Below are positions 46,064 through 54,710 of a stretch of DNA of 64,000 nucleotides, piece by piece. The notes under the pieces are model-generated. The model saw only the letters and a list, made by a program, of their open reading frames with translations. It made no database searches and was not told the origin of the DNA. The DNA is taken from contig JAZKHX010000002.1 of assembly GCA_040385165.1 (NCBI GenBank), positions 310,370-374,369 of the forward strand, given 5' to 3'. A program made the translations under genes and the position numbers. This DNA comes from Pseudomonadota bacterium. GTDB taxonomy: Bacteria > Pseudomonadota > Alphaproteobacteria > Rhodobacterales > Rhodobacteraceae. Numbering within the stretch: position 1 is the stretch's first letter; the number at the start of each line of letters is the position of its first letter.

Positions 46064-46867
46064 TCAGCTGCGGCGTGTGGCGCGAACCGCAAGCCGCCGC
46101 AGCGTGACCGCACAGCCTGCTGCGGACCGGACCACGGCGCCGGGCCTCGGCTTCAGGTCATGTCCGGCAGCGGTCATCCGGCGGTGGACTTCCCGCGCCA
46201 CAACGGTCCCCAGGACGATTCCCGCCAGGCTGTCAGTCAGCCAGTGAACCCCCAGCAGGGCGCGCGACAGGGCGGCCAGCGCGCCGACCGTGGCCCAGGC
46301 CCAGGCATGGCGTGGAAAGCACAAGGCAAGGGCAGCCGCCGTTGCGGCGGCGGTGGTGGCATGGCCCGAGGGAAACGACGCCCAGCCCGTCTTGAATGCC
46401 ATGACCGAAAAGTCGAGGACCATGGCCTCGGGCTCGGTCGAAGGGCGCATGCGTCCGATGACATGTTTCGACAGGCTGGCCAGAAGCCCGCTGATCGCGA
46501 CCGATGCCACCACGCAGACCAGCATCGACCGGACCGCGCGCAACTCGTCCGAGACGAGCAGCGGGTCGCAGCGGCGCAGGCCCTGGATCAGACCAAGCAG
46601 GAACAGACCGATCCCCAGCGGCCAGGCGGAATTGCCGAACTCGGTGACGACGCGCAGAACGGCCTGCGCCGAGGGATCCAGCGTCCGCGCCAGATCGCGC
46701 AGCGGAGCGTCGGCGACAAGAGCGATCAGCAGCAGGCAGCCCGCTGCCGGCACCCAGCGCGAAGCCGGGCTTTGCGAGGCAGGACCGAGGTGATGCGGTC
46801 GGACGGCAGGGGCCCGCGGTGTGGTCGCCGCTGCGGACAGCATTTCGTTCGATCCGGCATGTTTCAT
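46064..46867 (-). CDS. PAP2-family lipid phosphatase (canonical motifs)
   Basis: KHVIGRMRP / FPSGHA / SRALLGVHWLTD tripartite motif. ATG 46867 overlaps the upstream stop (ATGA). Confidence 0.85.
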   Translation of the reverse strand: MKHAGSNEMLSAAATTPRAPAVRPHHLGPASQSPASRWVPAAGCLLLIALVADAPLRDLARTLDPSAQAVLRVVTEFGNSAWPLGIGLFLLGLIQGLRRCDPLLVSDELRAVRSMLVCVVASVAISGLLASLSKHVIGRMRPSTEPEAMVLDFSVMAFKTGWASFPSGHATTAAATAAALALCFPRHAWAWATVGALAALSRALLGVHWLTDSLAGIVLGTVVAREVHRRMTAAGHDLKPRPGAVVRSAAGCAVTLRRLAVRATRRS

Positions 46868-48558
46868 GGCGTGCCCCGGCAATCGAGGATCTCAAGGGCG
46901 ACGCGCTTTCCCGCGCCGATGGCAAACCCCTGGACGATACCCGCCCCAATGCAACCGGTCGTCAGGGTGCCTGCCACACCGGCAGCGTCGCGCAGCACGA
47001 CCTGACAGGCACCGGGCCGGACGGCCCCCGCCAACGGTGTCGTGGCAGGCAGAAGCCGGGCATCGCGTCCGGCGGTCCAGACCACGGACGGCTCGGTATA
47101 GCCAAGCGCGGTCACCACAGGCCGCGCGCAGCCCTGAGACGCCGCGATTCCCTGCACCAGCGCCATTGCCTGATCGGTTGGCCACAGCACCGGCATCCGC
47201 GCCAGAGCCGGAAAGAGCGTCATCTGCAGGACTGCTCCGGCGGCCGTGCAGGCCAGGATCAGCGGTGTCGCCCGGGCCTGAAGCAGGAACCGCACCGCCA
47301 GCGCAAGGCCGGCCAAAGCCAGCGCAAGCCCGACCGAGGCGATGGTCGCCGCCGGCATCGCATCGGTGACACCTGCCGTGTAGATCACGCCCAAGGCAAC
47401 GGCAGGTCCGGGCAGCAGGGCCAGGACGGCAAGACCCTTCTGCCAGGGTCGGGCGCTGTGCAGGCCTGCGCGCAAGTGGCCGACGGCCAGCAGGGCGAGG
47501 GCGGGAAAGACCGGCAGGGTGTAGTGAATGAGCTTCGTCGGGACTGCCTCGTAGACCAGCCAGACCGGAACCGTCCAGGCGATCAGGAACCGCGTCGCCG
47601 GTATGCCCCGCGCTGCCCAGATCGCGGGAAAAGCCAGGACCAGAAGTGCCGTGGCGGGCCAGAAAGTCAGGAAAAGTGCCACCAGGTAGCTGCCGGGAGG
47701 CGCGCCCTTGCCCTCCTGACCCGAGGCCACCTTGGCCAGAAGATCGGATTGGACCGAGGCCTGCCAGAAGCCTCCGTCACTACGGACAGAGATCGCGACG
47801 AACCAGGGCACGGCGATGGCCAGGGCCAGAAGGATCGGCCCCGGCGACAGCAGCGGACCCAGCCAGCGGGCACGGCGGTCCCACAGGGTCAGTGTCGCTG
47901 CCGTCAGGCCGGGCACCATCGGGCCGATCGGCCCCTTGATCAGCACGGCCGCGGCCATCGCGAGCCAGAAGCCGTAGACCCAGCCGCGATGAGCCTCCTG
48001 CGACAGCCAGAGCCGCGCCAGCGCCGCCTGGGATACGAGGATGGTCGCCAGAAGCGCCGCGTCGGTCTTGGCGATCCGCGCCTCGCCGCCGATCACCAGC
48101 CCGGCGGCGAAAACGGCCGCGGCGAGCCATGCACGGCTCTGTCCGACCAGCGGCGCACCGGTCACCGCAACCAGAAGCACCGCCAGCACGGCCCCGGCCA
48201 GCGACGGCAGCCGGTAGACCCAAAGCGGAGCCGCCTCGCCCTGTCCGGACAGCGCGATGGCGGTGTTCTGCAGCCAGTAGATGCCAACCGGCTTCTTGTG
48301 GCGGGGCTCGTCCTGAAAGCGGATGTCGATGTAGTCGCCGGACTGCGCCATCTGGCGGCTGGCCTGGACAAAGCGCGCCTCGTCGCGGTCGATGACCGGC
48401 AGCGTGGTGAAACCGGGCAGAAAGGTCAGCAGCGAAAGCAGGACCAGCGCCAGCCAGCCCAGCCGCGGTTGCGCACCCGCGCGGTCATCTGTCGCAAGGC
48501 CGGTCACGACGCCCGCCGAAGCCAGCGTCGCGCGTGCCGCCGACGGGCCTCGATCCAT
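46864..48558 (-). CDS. GT39 / ArnT-like polyprenyl-phosphate-sugar-dependent glycosyltransferase (copy 1)
   Basis: VIDRDEARFVQASRQM..HKKPVGIYWLQ and about 12 TM helices. Start is ATG 48558 or GTG 48507; the latter makes a GTGA overlap with the upstream stop. Confidence 0.85.
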   Translation of the reverse strand: MDRGPSAARATLASAGVVTGLATDDRAGAQPRLGWLALVLLSLLTFLPGFTTLPVIDRDEARFVQASRQMAQSGDYIDIRFQDEPRHKKPVGIYWLQNTAIALSGQGEAAPLWVYRLPSLAGAVLAVLLVAVTGAPLVGQSRAWLAAAVFAAGLVIGGEARIAKTDAALLATILVSQAALARLWLSQEAHRGWVYGFWLAMAAAVLIKGPIGPMVPGLTAATLTLWDRRARWLGPLLSPGPILLALAIAVPWFVAISVRSDGGFWQASVQSDLLAKVASGQEGKGAPPGSYLVALFLTFWPATALLVLAFPAIWAARGIPATRFLIAWTVPVWLVYEAVPTKLIHYTLPVFPALALLAVGHLRAGLHSARPWQKGLAVLALLPGPAVALGVIYTAGVTDAMPAATIASVGLALALAGLALAVRFLLQARATPLILACTAAGAVLQMTLFPALARMPVLWPTDQAMALVQGIAASQGCARPVVTALGYTEPSVVWTAGRDARLLPATTPLAGAVRPGACQVVLRDAAGVAGTLTTGCIGAGIVQGFAIGAGKRVALEILDCRGTP

Positions 48559-49286
48559 TGGCCGACGACCTCCAGGGGCCGTTTCGGATCGAAGGCCAGC
48601 CGCGCCCGCCCGATGCCAAGCAGGCGGTAGAGCGCCAGCACGACCACCGCCGAGATGAGGGTGGAAAAGACCGTATCGCTCAGGAAATGGCGACCAAGGC
48701 CGATGCGCAGCAGGGCGATCACGCCGACATAGGCCATCGCAGCCAGAACCGCGACAATCCGCGCGCTGGATCGCCCGAAGCGCGGCCAGAGCAGGACCAC
48801 CGCCGCAATCGCGATGCTTGCGGCCATCGCGACCTCTCCCGAGGCAAAGGAACAGTTGCGGGCACACTCATCCGTCACCTGCCAGGCCGGGGTGAAATCC
48901 GCACTGCCGCCAAACTCGGCGACGTCGCTGGGTCTGGCCCGGCCCACGTGGCGTTTCAGGAGCAGGTTGACGATCGCGCCGCTGCTCAGGGCAACGCTCA
49001 GCGGCACCAGTGCCCAGGCCCGAAGCTCGTTGCGGCTCAGGCTGCCGGTGACGGCCCCGTATCCCCACCAGCAAATCATCATGAGGACCAGCGCCTCGGC
49101 CGATCGCCGCATCAGGTGATTGAAGGCTGCCGGCGCGTTGTCTGCCCATGGGAACCCGTTTGTGCCTGCGGCGAAACGACCAGACACGGCAAGGTCGATC
49201 CCGGGGAACGCCGCAAAGACCGCTTGCGCCACGATGAAGGCAAGGAGGACCGCGACCAGCAGACCTTCATGGACTCGGTCGGTCAT
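48504..49286 (-). CDS. PAP2-family lipid phosphatase, variant middle motif
   Basis: KRHVGRARP / FASGEV (Glu where PSGH has His) / RIGLGRHFLSD. ATGA overlap with the upstream GT39. Confidence 0.8.
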   Translation of the reverse strand: MTDRVHEGLLVAVLLAFIVAQAVFAAFPGIDLAVSGRFAAGTNGFPWADNAPAAFNHLMRRSAEALVLMMICWWGYGAVTGSLSRNELRAWALVPLSVALSSGAIVNLLLKRHVGRARPSDVAEFGGSADFTPAWQVTDECARNCSFASGEVAMAASIAIAAVVLLWPRFGRSSARIVAVLAAMAYVGVIALLRIGLGRHFLSDTVFSTLISAVVVLALYRLLGIGRARLAFDPKRPLEVVGQWIEARRRHARRWLRRAS

Positions 49287-50782
49287 CCGGTGGCCTCCTG
49301 CTGGCGCAGGCAGTCGGGGGCAGTCAGGCGCAGCATCTGATAGCTGCGTCCGCCATAGGCACCGGGCGGCGCGGTGAAACGCCCGACCGGGATCGCGGAA
49401 GCGCAGGGCAGGGGCTGCCCGACTGGCCAGATCAGCGCGACCGGTCCGGGATCGGTCGCCGGGTCAAAGGCCGCGGTCAGTTCCCAGTGGTGGGCGGGGC
49501 GGCCCTTCGGCGGCAGCGCGCGCAAGGTGGGTGCCGTGTCCGGGCCGAACCAGAGAAGGTCGGCCATCAGGTCGCGGTCGGGGATGACAAGCGTGGCGGC
49601 CCTCGCGTCCGCCGCCGCGCGCAGTGCCCGCCGGGCAGTGTCTTCGTGTCCGAGGTAGCGCGCCATGAGGGGTTTGCCCTCGCGCTGGGGCAGAGCGGTC
49701 GGGAAGACCTTGACCAGCGGCAGCGCCAGCGTGACGGCCAGCCCCAGGGCCAGCGACAGCGATGCCGCCAGTGGACGCCGGACCAGCCACATCGCCGCAA
49801 GGACCGACCCCGGCAGCAGCGACAGGACCGCCCAGTTTGCCAGGACCGGCCCCTTCACCCCCTGGGCAAGCACGATTGCCAGCGGCGTCAGCGTCAGAGC
49901 CACAAGCCCGGCGGTCAGGGTGGAGCGCCGCGTTCCCGCGACCGCAAGCGCCATGGCGATGACAAGGACCGGCCCGATCACCAGGGCCTGCTGGGCAAGG
50001 AACACCAGCGGCCGCATGAGCGAAAGCCCGTCGCCCTGCGTGATGCGTTGCACATGGGCCAGCGTGATGAAGTCCGACCGGGCCAGCCACCACAGATGCG
50101 GCGCAACCACCGCCAGCATCGCCGCTGCAGCCGTCAAGGTATCGGACGCGCGAAGGCGGAAGTGCGGCGAGGCCCAGGCCGCGAGCCCGGCTCCGGTCAG
50201 CCAGAACAGCATGGCGTGCTTGGCCAGAAGCCCGACCCCAAGCGCCAGACCGAGAAGCAGGGCAAGGCCCGTCGCCGATTTGCTCCCGGCCCGCGCCTCG
50301 GCAAGACGCACCTGAAGGACCAGGGCAAGGGCCGCAAAGGTCAGCATCGGCGTGTCCGTCGTCATCAGCGCCGACCCCACCGCGACGGCAGGCATCGTCA
50401 GATAGGACAGCGCGGCAATGGCCGCCACCCGCACCGGCAGGACGCGGCGGGCGACCTGCAACAGGATCAGGGCGGTGGCGGCGTGAAAGACCGGCGCCGC
50501 CAGCCGCACCGCCGCGACCGACTGGCCCAGCAGATCGGTGCTGCCCCGGATGATCCAGCCGATCAGCGGCGGCTTGGAATAGTAGCCGAAGGCAAGCGAT
50601 TGCCCCCAGGCCCAATACTGCGCCTCGTCGGTCGAAAGCTCGGTCCGGTCGAACAGTGCAAACCCCAGCCGCCAGCCGGTGATCGCCACGATTGCCGCCA
50701 CGGCCAGCGCGGCGACACTGTGCAGCCCGGCCTGGCCCGGCTCAGCTGCGGAGAGGATCGGCACTGTTGCTTCGCTCGGCAT
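49283..50782 (-). CDS. GT39 / ArnT-like glycosyltransferase (copy 2)
   Basis: STDEAQYWAWGQSLAFGYYSKPPLIGW, multi-TM, 499 aa. The start overlaps the 3' end of the upstream small gene. Confidence 0.85.
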   Translation of the reverse strand: MPSEATVPILSAAEPGQAGLHSVAALAVAAIVAITGWRLGFALFDRTELSTDEAQYWAWGQSLAFGYYSKPPLIGWIIRGSTDLLGQSVAAVRLAAPVFHAATALILLQVARRVLPVRVAAIAALSYLTMPAVAVGSALMTTDTPMLTFAALALVLQVRLAEARAGSKSATGLALLLGLALGVGLLAKHAMLFWLTGAGLAAWASPHFRLRASDTLTAAAAMLAVVAPHLWWLARSDFITLAHVQRITQGDGLSLMRPLVFLAQQALVIGPVLVIAMALAVAGTRRSTLTAGLVALTLTPLAIVLAQGVKGPVLANWAVLSLLPGSVLAAMWLVRRPLAASLSLALGLAVTLALPLVKVFPTALPQREGKPLMARYLGHEDTARRALRAAADARAATLVIPDRDLMADLLWFGPDTAPTLRALPPKGRPAHHWELTAAFDPATDPGPVALIWPVGQPLPCASAIPVGRFTAPPGAYGGRSYQMLRLTAPDCLRQQEATG

Positions 50783-51065
50783 GGATCAGCCAGAGATTGC
50801 GTGCATAGATCACCAGTCCCATCGACTGTCCAAGGATGAAGACCGGGTCGCTTCGCCAGACCGCGTAGGTGAAAAGCACCAGCCCTCCGGCCAACGAGAA
50901 ATACCAGAACGCGATCGGAATGACCGACCGCTTCTCCCGCTCGGAGGCCAGCCACTGCACCAGGAAGCGGGCGGTGAACAGAAGCTGCCCGGTCAACCCC
51001 ACGATGACCCAGGTGAACTCGGTCCAGGTCTCGACATTCAGGGCGGACCACAGGGCTTCGCGCAT
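50742..51065 (-). CDS. small membrane protein with lipid-A-biosynthesis N-terminal (LAB_N)-like domain
   Basis: The last 107 codons of the track ORF. LTGQLLFTARFLVQWLASEREKRSVIP.FWYFSLAGG pattern. ATGA overlap with the GT2 gene. Confidence 0.65.
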   Translation of the reverse strand: MREALWSALNVETWTEFTWVIVGLTGQLLFTARFLVQWLASEREKRSVIPIAFWYFSLAGGLVLFTYAVWRSDPVFILGQSMGLVIYARNLWLIHAERSNSADPLRS

Positions 51066-51901
51066 CAGCCGACCTTCCTGGAAAGCTGCGGGATGGATTG
51101 CTGTGGCCCGGTGCCTTCGGCGGAGGTAAGGACGACCGGCATCGACAGAAGCCGCGGCGCTGCGCGCTTGCGTCGATGGATCAGCCAGGCCACGCCCGCC
51201 AGATCGGCCAACCCGGCCAGTGCCCGGTCCAGGTTGCCGTAGTTCGACCGGCCATGCAGGCGCGGGGCATGGGACACGTCGACCAGTTCTACCTGCCATC
51301 CATCGCGCGCGAAAAGCGCCGGCAGGTAGCGGTGCATGTGGTTGAAGTAGGGCAGCGCAAGAAAGGCATCGCGCCGGAACGCCTTGAGGCCGCAACCGGT
51401 ATCGCGCGTCCCATCGCGCAGCACCGCCGACCGCAGCGCATTGGCAAAGCGCGAGGCCAGACGCCTGGACAGGCTGTCCTTCCGGCCAACCCGCTGTCCG
51501 GCCACCAGCCCCCGGCGCGGCGGGGCCTGCGGGTCCAGAAGCGGCGTGACCAGGCGCATCAGGTTGTCGGGCGGGTTCTGGCCATCTCCGTCCAGAGTGG
51601 CCACGATCGCGGCACAGGCTGCCAGCACACCGCTGTGCAGGGCAGCAGACTGGCCCGCCGAAACGTCGTGTCCGATCACACGGATACGGGGATCGGCCGC
51701 CGCAAGCCGCAGGCAGAGATCCCGCGTCAGGTCGGACGACCCGTCATCGACAAGCAGAATCTCGAACGCAATCTGGTCCAGGGAACGCACGATGCCCTGG
51801 ACCAGCAGGGAAATCGCCGGGGCCTCGTTGCGCAGCGGCACGACGACGGACACCTGCAGCAATCCGGGCTGGGTGAAAGGGGCCGCTTGCCGGGTCATCA
51901 T
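51065..51901 (-). CDS. GT2 polyprenyl-phosphate glycosyltransferase (ArnC/DPM1-like)
   Basis: VSVVVPLRNE, LLVDDGSSD and LDGDGQNPP motifs, with a C-terminal TM helix. Trimmed to ATG 51901. Confidence 0.85.
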   Translation of the reverse strand: MMTRQAAPFTQPGLLQVSVVVPLRNEAPAISLLVQGIVRSLDQIAFEILLVDDGSSDLTRDLCLRLAAADPRIRVIGHDVSAGQSAALHSGVLAACAAIVATLDGDGQNPPDNLMRLVTPLLDPQAPPRRGLVAGQRVGRKDSLSRRLASRFANALRSAVLRDGTRDTGCGLKAFRRDAFLALPYFNHMHRYLPALFARDGWQVELVDVSHAPRLHGRSNYGNLDRALAGLADLAGVAWLIHRRKRAAPRLLSMPVVLTSAEGTGPQQSIPQLSRKVG

Positions 51902-52074
51902 GCCGCTCGATCCGTTCCTGCTTCCTCGCTGCGCATATACGGCGTCGATGATGATGTGATTGCAGTCACATGACGTTTTCCTGACGCCGGCGGGGGCGCG
52001 GCGGCCAAGGAAGCGGGATGCCTGCGGAGCCGCGGGGCCCGTTGCCTTCATGTCTGGCGACACTGTGCGCCCGG

Positions 52075-52413
52075 TCAGGGGCGCTGGACGACGCCAAGAA
52101 AGCTGAGCGCCTGCTCCAGATCCGCGCGCAGTTTGGCATCCGACCGGTTGAAGCCGGCGCATAGGCTGTCGAACCGCTTGCGAAGAGCCTTCTTCTCTTC
52201 ACCCTTGCAATCGTTCCAGGGTCGCCCCTGCAGGCCCATCACCAGGACATAATACCCGATGAAATGCGGGCGCGACCCGCTCTCCAGAAGCCGTGTGTAG
52301 GCCGCGTCCGCGCCGAGGTCGCGGATTTCCTCGGCGCTGGTGATCCCGGCCCGGGCGAAGGCCTCTTCCGACGCGGGTCCAAGGTTCGGGATCGAGGAGA
52401 CGGGGCTGGGCAT
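52075..52413 (-). CDS. TfoX C-terminal-domain protein
   Basis: 112 aa. IPNLGPASEEAFARAGITSAEEIRDLGADAAYTRL is a helix-hairpin-helix typical of the TfoX_C domain. Confidence 0.7.
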   Translation of the reverse strand: MPSPVSSIPNLGPASEEAFARAGITSAEEIRDLGADAAYTRLLESGSRPHFIGYYVLVMGLQGRPWNDCKGEEKKALRKRFDSLCAGFNRSDAKLRADLEQALSFLGVVQRP

Positions 52414-52429
52414 GTGACCGGGCCGATTG

Positions 52430-52461
52430 AGAACAAAACAAGGCCAGCCTCGCGGCTGGCC
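52430..52461 (-). terminator. rho-independent terminator after the 43-codon ORF
   Basis: GGCCAGCC-TCGC-GGCTGGCC; on the minus strand it is followed by TTGTTTTGTTC. Confidence 0.6.
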
Positions 52462-52501
52462 CGGATGTTGTCAAGCGAAGGGTCGGGTGGATCAGATCAG
52501 A

Positions 52502-52633
52502 TCAGATCGACGCCCAGTCCTTGAAAATCGGCGTGCCCGCCTGCTGGGTCGATCCGCCCGATTGCTGGCCCTGCTGCTGCGGGCTGGGCGTTGTGCTGCC
52601 GCCTTGCTGGGGCTGGCTGGGGTTCTTGGCCAT
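52502..52633 (-). CDS. unannotated small protein, 43 aa, Gln/Ser/Gly-rich
   Basis: ATG 52633 has GGAG 9 nt upstream. Translates to MAKNPSQPQQGGSTTPSPQQQGQQSGGSTQQAGTPIFKDWASI*. GC3 is about 86%. Has its own terminator. It falls below the ORF-track length cut-off. Confidence 0.4.
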   Translation of the reverse strand: MAKNPSQPQQGGSTTPSPQQQGQQSGGSTQQAGTPIFKDWASI

Positions 52634-52865
52634 CTGACTGCTCCGTTTGCTGGCTATTCGCTGCCTTTTTCCCATATTGCGCGGGGCTTTGGCGGCATCA
52701 AGCCGGGTTCATGACGATTTTGCGACGTATTGTCGGGATTGTGCGACTTCGGCAACAGGTCTTTGATCACATTCCGGTTTTCCCTACCCGGCGGTCCATC
52801 GGGTGGCCAGCCGGGACTTGCCGTTTTCATCGGGCGGGTTCACCTTGTGGACAAAGGAGCCTGCC

Positions 52866-54032
52866 ATGCCCGTCAAGAACCGCTTTGCCGAACTTCTCCC
52901 CGAGATCACCGCCTGGCGCCGGGATTTCCACGCCAACCCGGAGCTTCTGTTCGATGTCCACCGCACCGCTGCCCGCGTGGCCGAGCTGTGCCGGTCCTTC
53001 GGCTGCGACGAAGTGGTGGAAGGCATCGGCCGCACCGGTGTCGTCGCGGTGATCCGGGGCCGCAGCGACTCGCATGGCCGGGTGGTGGGTCTTCGCGCCG
53101 ACATGGATGCGCTGCCGATCACCGAACAGACCGGGGTGCCCTATGCCTCTACCGTGCCGGGCAAGATGCACGCCTGCGGCCACGACGGGCACACCGCGAT
53201 GCTGCTCGGGGCCGCGAAATACCTGGCCGAAACGCGGAACTTCGATGGTCGCGTCGTCTGCATCTTCCAGCCTGCGGAAGAAGGCGGCGGCGGGGGCCGC
53301 GAGATGGTCCAGGACGGGATGCTGACCCGCTGGGGTGTGCAGGAGGTCTACGGCATGCACAACATGCCCGGCATCCCCGTTGGCCACTTCGCGATCCGTC
53401 CCGGCGCGATGATGGCCGCCGCCGACGAGTTCGACATCGTGGTGACCGGCAAGGGGGGCCATGCCGCCAAGCCGCATCATTGCGTCGATACCACGGTGGT
53501 CGCGGCCCATATCATCGTCGCGCTGCAGACCATCGCCAGCCGCAACGTCGACCCCTTGAAGCAGGTCGTGGTCAGCGTCTGCACCGTGCAGACCGACTCC
53601 ACCGCCCACAACGTCATCCCGCAGGTGGTCAGGCTGAAGGGCACCGTCCGAACCATGGACGCGAAGGTGCAGGATTTCGTGCAGGATCGCATCGGCCAGA
53701 TCGTCGAAGGCACCGCCCTTGCCCTCGGGGCCCGGGCCGAGGTGCAGTATCAGCGCGGCTATCCCGTCACCGTGAACGCCCCGGAAAACACCGCCTTTGC
53801 GGCCGAAGTGGCGGCGAAGGTTTCCGGCCATGTCGATACCGACACGCCGCCCCTGATGGGGGCGGAGGATTTCAGCTTCATGCTCAACGAACGCCCCGGC
53901 GCCTATATCTTCCTTGGCAACGGCGACACCGCGATGGTCCACCATCCGGCCTACAATTTCGATGACGCCGCGATCCCGTTCGGGTCCTCGTGGTATGCCG
54001 AAATGGCCGAAACCCGGATGCCCAGCCCATGA
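52866..54032 (+). CDS. M20-family amidohydrolase (hippurate hydrolase / N-acyl-amino-acid amidohydrolase type)
   Basis: Trimmed to ATG 52866 (AAGGAG upstream). FHANPEL, RADMDALP and MHACGHDGH motifs. Confidence 0.9.
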   Translation: MPVKNRFAELLPEITAWRRDFHANPELLFDVHRTAARVAELCRSFGCDEVVEGIGRTGVVAVIRGRSDSHGRVVGLRADMDALPITEQTGVPYASTVPGKMHACGHDGHTAMLLGAAKYLAETRNFDGRVVCIFQPAEEGGGGGREMVQDGMLTRWGVQEVYGMHNMPGIPVGHFAIRPGAMMAAADEFDIVVTGKGGHAAKPHHCVDTTVVAAHIIVALQTIASRNVDPLKQVVVSVCTVQTDSTAHNVIPQVVRLKGTVRTMDAKVQDFVQDRIGQIVEGTALALGARAEVQYQRGYPVTVNAPENTAFAAEVAAKVSGHVDTDTPPLMGAEDFSFMLNERPGAYIFLGNGDTAMVHHPAYNFDDAAIPFGSSWYAEMAETRMPSP

Positions 54033-54388
54033 TCGGGGTCGCCCTTGTCGCGCTGGTCGCGGTGATCCATCTGGCCATTCTGGTGATGCAGATGTTCCTG
54101 TGGGAAACGCCCTTTGTCCGCGCGATATTCCGCATCTCGCCGGACTTTGCCGCCAATACCCGGGTCATGGCGGCGAACCAGGGACTCTACAACGGCTTTC
54201 TCGCAGCCGGCCTGATCCTCGCGCTGATCCGGGGCATCCCGGGCGAGGGCGCGGCACTTGCGCATTTCATCCTGGCCTGCGTGGTCGTCGCCGGGCTTTA
54301 TGGTGCAGCCACGGCATCCCGGCGCATTCTCTACGTCCAGGCCGCCCCGGCGCTTCTGGCGCTGATCGCGGTGCTTGCGGGCGTATAG
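54029..54388 (+). CDS. DUF1304-like membrane protein
   Basis: Trimmed to ATG 54029 (ATGA overlap). VAVIHLAILVMQMFLW..ANQGLYNGFLAAGL pattern. Confidence 0.7.
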   Translation: MIGVALVALVAVIHLAILVMQMFLWETPFVRAIFRISPDFAANTRVMAANQGLYNGFLAAGLILALIRGIPGEGAALAHFILACVVVAGLYGAATASRRILYVQAAPALLALIAVLAGV

Positions 54389-54710
54389 ACAGCGGGTTGC
54401 CGCCGGACCGCAATACCCGCCATTCGTCCCGATGCAGCCACCCTGAGCGCCCATGCCCCCCGGGAGTTTCCACATCCTGCCGGGCAAGGTCGCGCGGTCC
54501 CCGGCCGACGAGGCCGCCGCGCGGGGGCTTCCGGACCTCCACAGCCCGGTGCGGGCAACGGCCCGGACCACCGCGACGCGGACTGGCGCCGGTCTTTCCC
54601 GGCCATGTGGTGACCGCAGCCAGGCTATGGGGTTGCGCGTGCAACCGGACAAGTCAGCTTGCGGGGACACAACTTCCGGGCGATAATCGTCGGGCTTGGA
54701 TCGAGGACGC

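Noticed and set aside
46819-50839. Plus-strand ORFs 46819-48630 (603 aa) and 49487-50839 (450 aa).
   Set aside because: They are antisense to the two GT39 genes. Their products are extremely Arg/Gly/Gln/Pro-rich and lack TM segments or motifs.
52491-52510. Pentanucleotide run ATCAG x3 (+ATCGA) at the 3' end of the small ORF, considered as a possible phase-variation tract.
   Set aside because: There are only three to four units. The ORF stop (52502-52504) falls within the run, at the start of the repeats as the minus-strand ORF is read. Slippage would therefore not change the reading frame of the peptide.
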